This document shows positions 45,761-45,812 of a stretch of 45,812 bases of DNA, in pieces. The stretch covers positions 1 through 45,812 of the forward strand of contig CAVXTP010000020.1 of NCBI GenBank assembly GCA_963764715.1, in the 5' to 3' direction. The notes beneath the pieces are model-generated. The model searched no databases, had not been told where the DNA came from, and saw only the letters and a list, made by a program, of their open reading frames with translations. Origin of the DNA: an uncultured Acidobacteriota bacterium (GTDB lineage Bacteria > Acidobacteriota > Thermoanaerobaculia > UBA5066 > Gp7-AA6). A program made the translations under genes and the position numbers. The first letter of the stretch is position 1. Every line of letters begins with the position of its first letter.

Positions 45761-45812
45761 TGACCTCCTACCTTCGGAGACTCTCCACCAGGGCGAGAAG
45801 GCGGGCGTAGTT

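Overview
High-GC bacterial chromosomal window. The gene content suggests Acidobacteriota (Thermoanaerobaculia-like), which is an inference. Many otherwise intact genes carry single-base frameshifts, most likely long-read indel errors. From left to right: the end of a penicillin-acylase gene; a minus-strand run of YyaL, a microprotein, an HDAC and LssY; and an unusual Rieske/cytochrome b operon (4x[4Fe-4S] ferredoxin, HEAT-repeat membrane protein, Rieske protein, split b6-type cytochrome b, subunit IV, octaheme cytochrome c). Next come TlpA, TIGR02757 and hflX, then a candidate sigma54-driven small RNA with a complete promoter architecture, and a very large hybrid PAS kinase. tRNA-Ala(GGC) is followed by an array of repeats that re-create the tRNA 3' end and bracket a carbonic anhydrase gene like a cassette. 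The rest is accessory genes (hydrolases, amidase, K+ and CLC channels, ferritin-like, DUF748), tRNA-Sec, a cupredoxin fusion, an MBL-fold protein, an AI-2E transporter and a PAS kinase. No integrase, transposase or CRISPR array was recognised. The top candidates for novelty are the tRNA-Ala 3'-end repeat/cassette array, the sigma54 sRNA locus and the octaheme/polyferredoxin bc-type complex.
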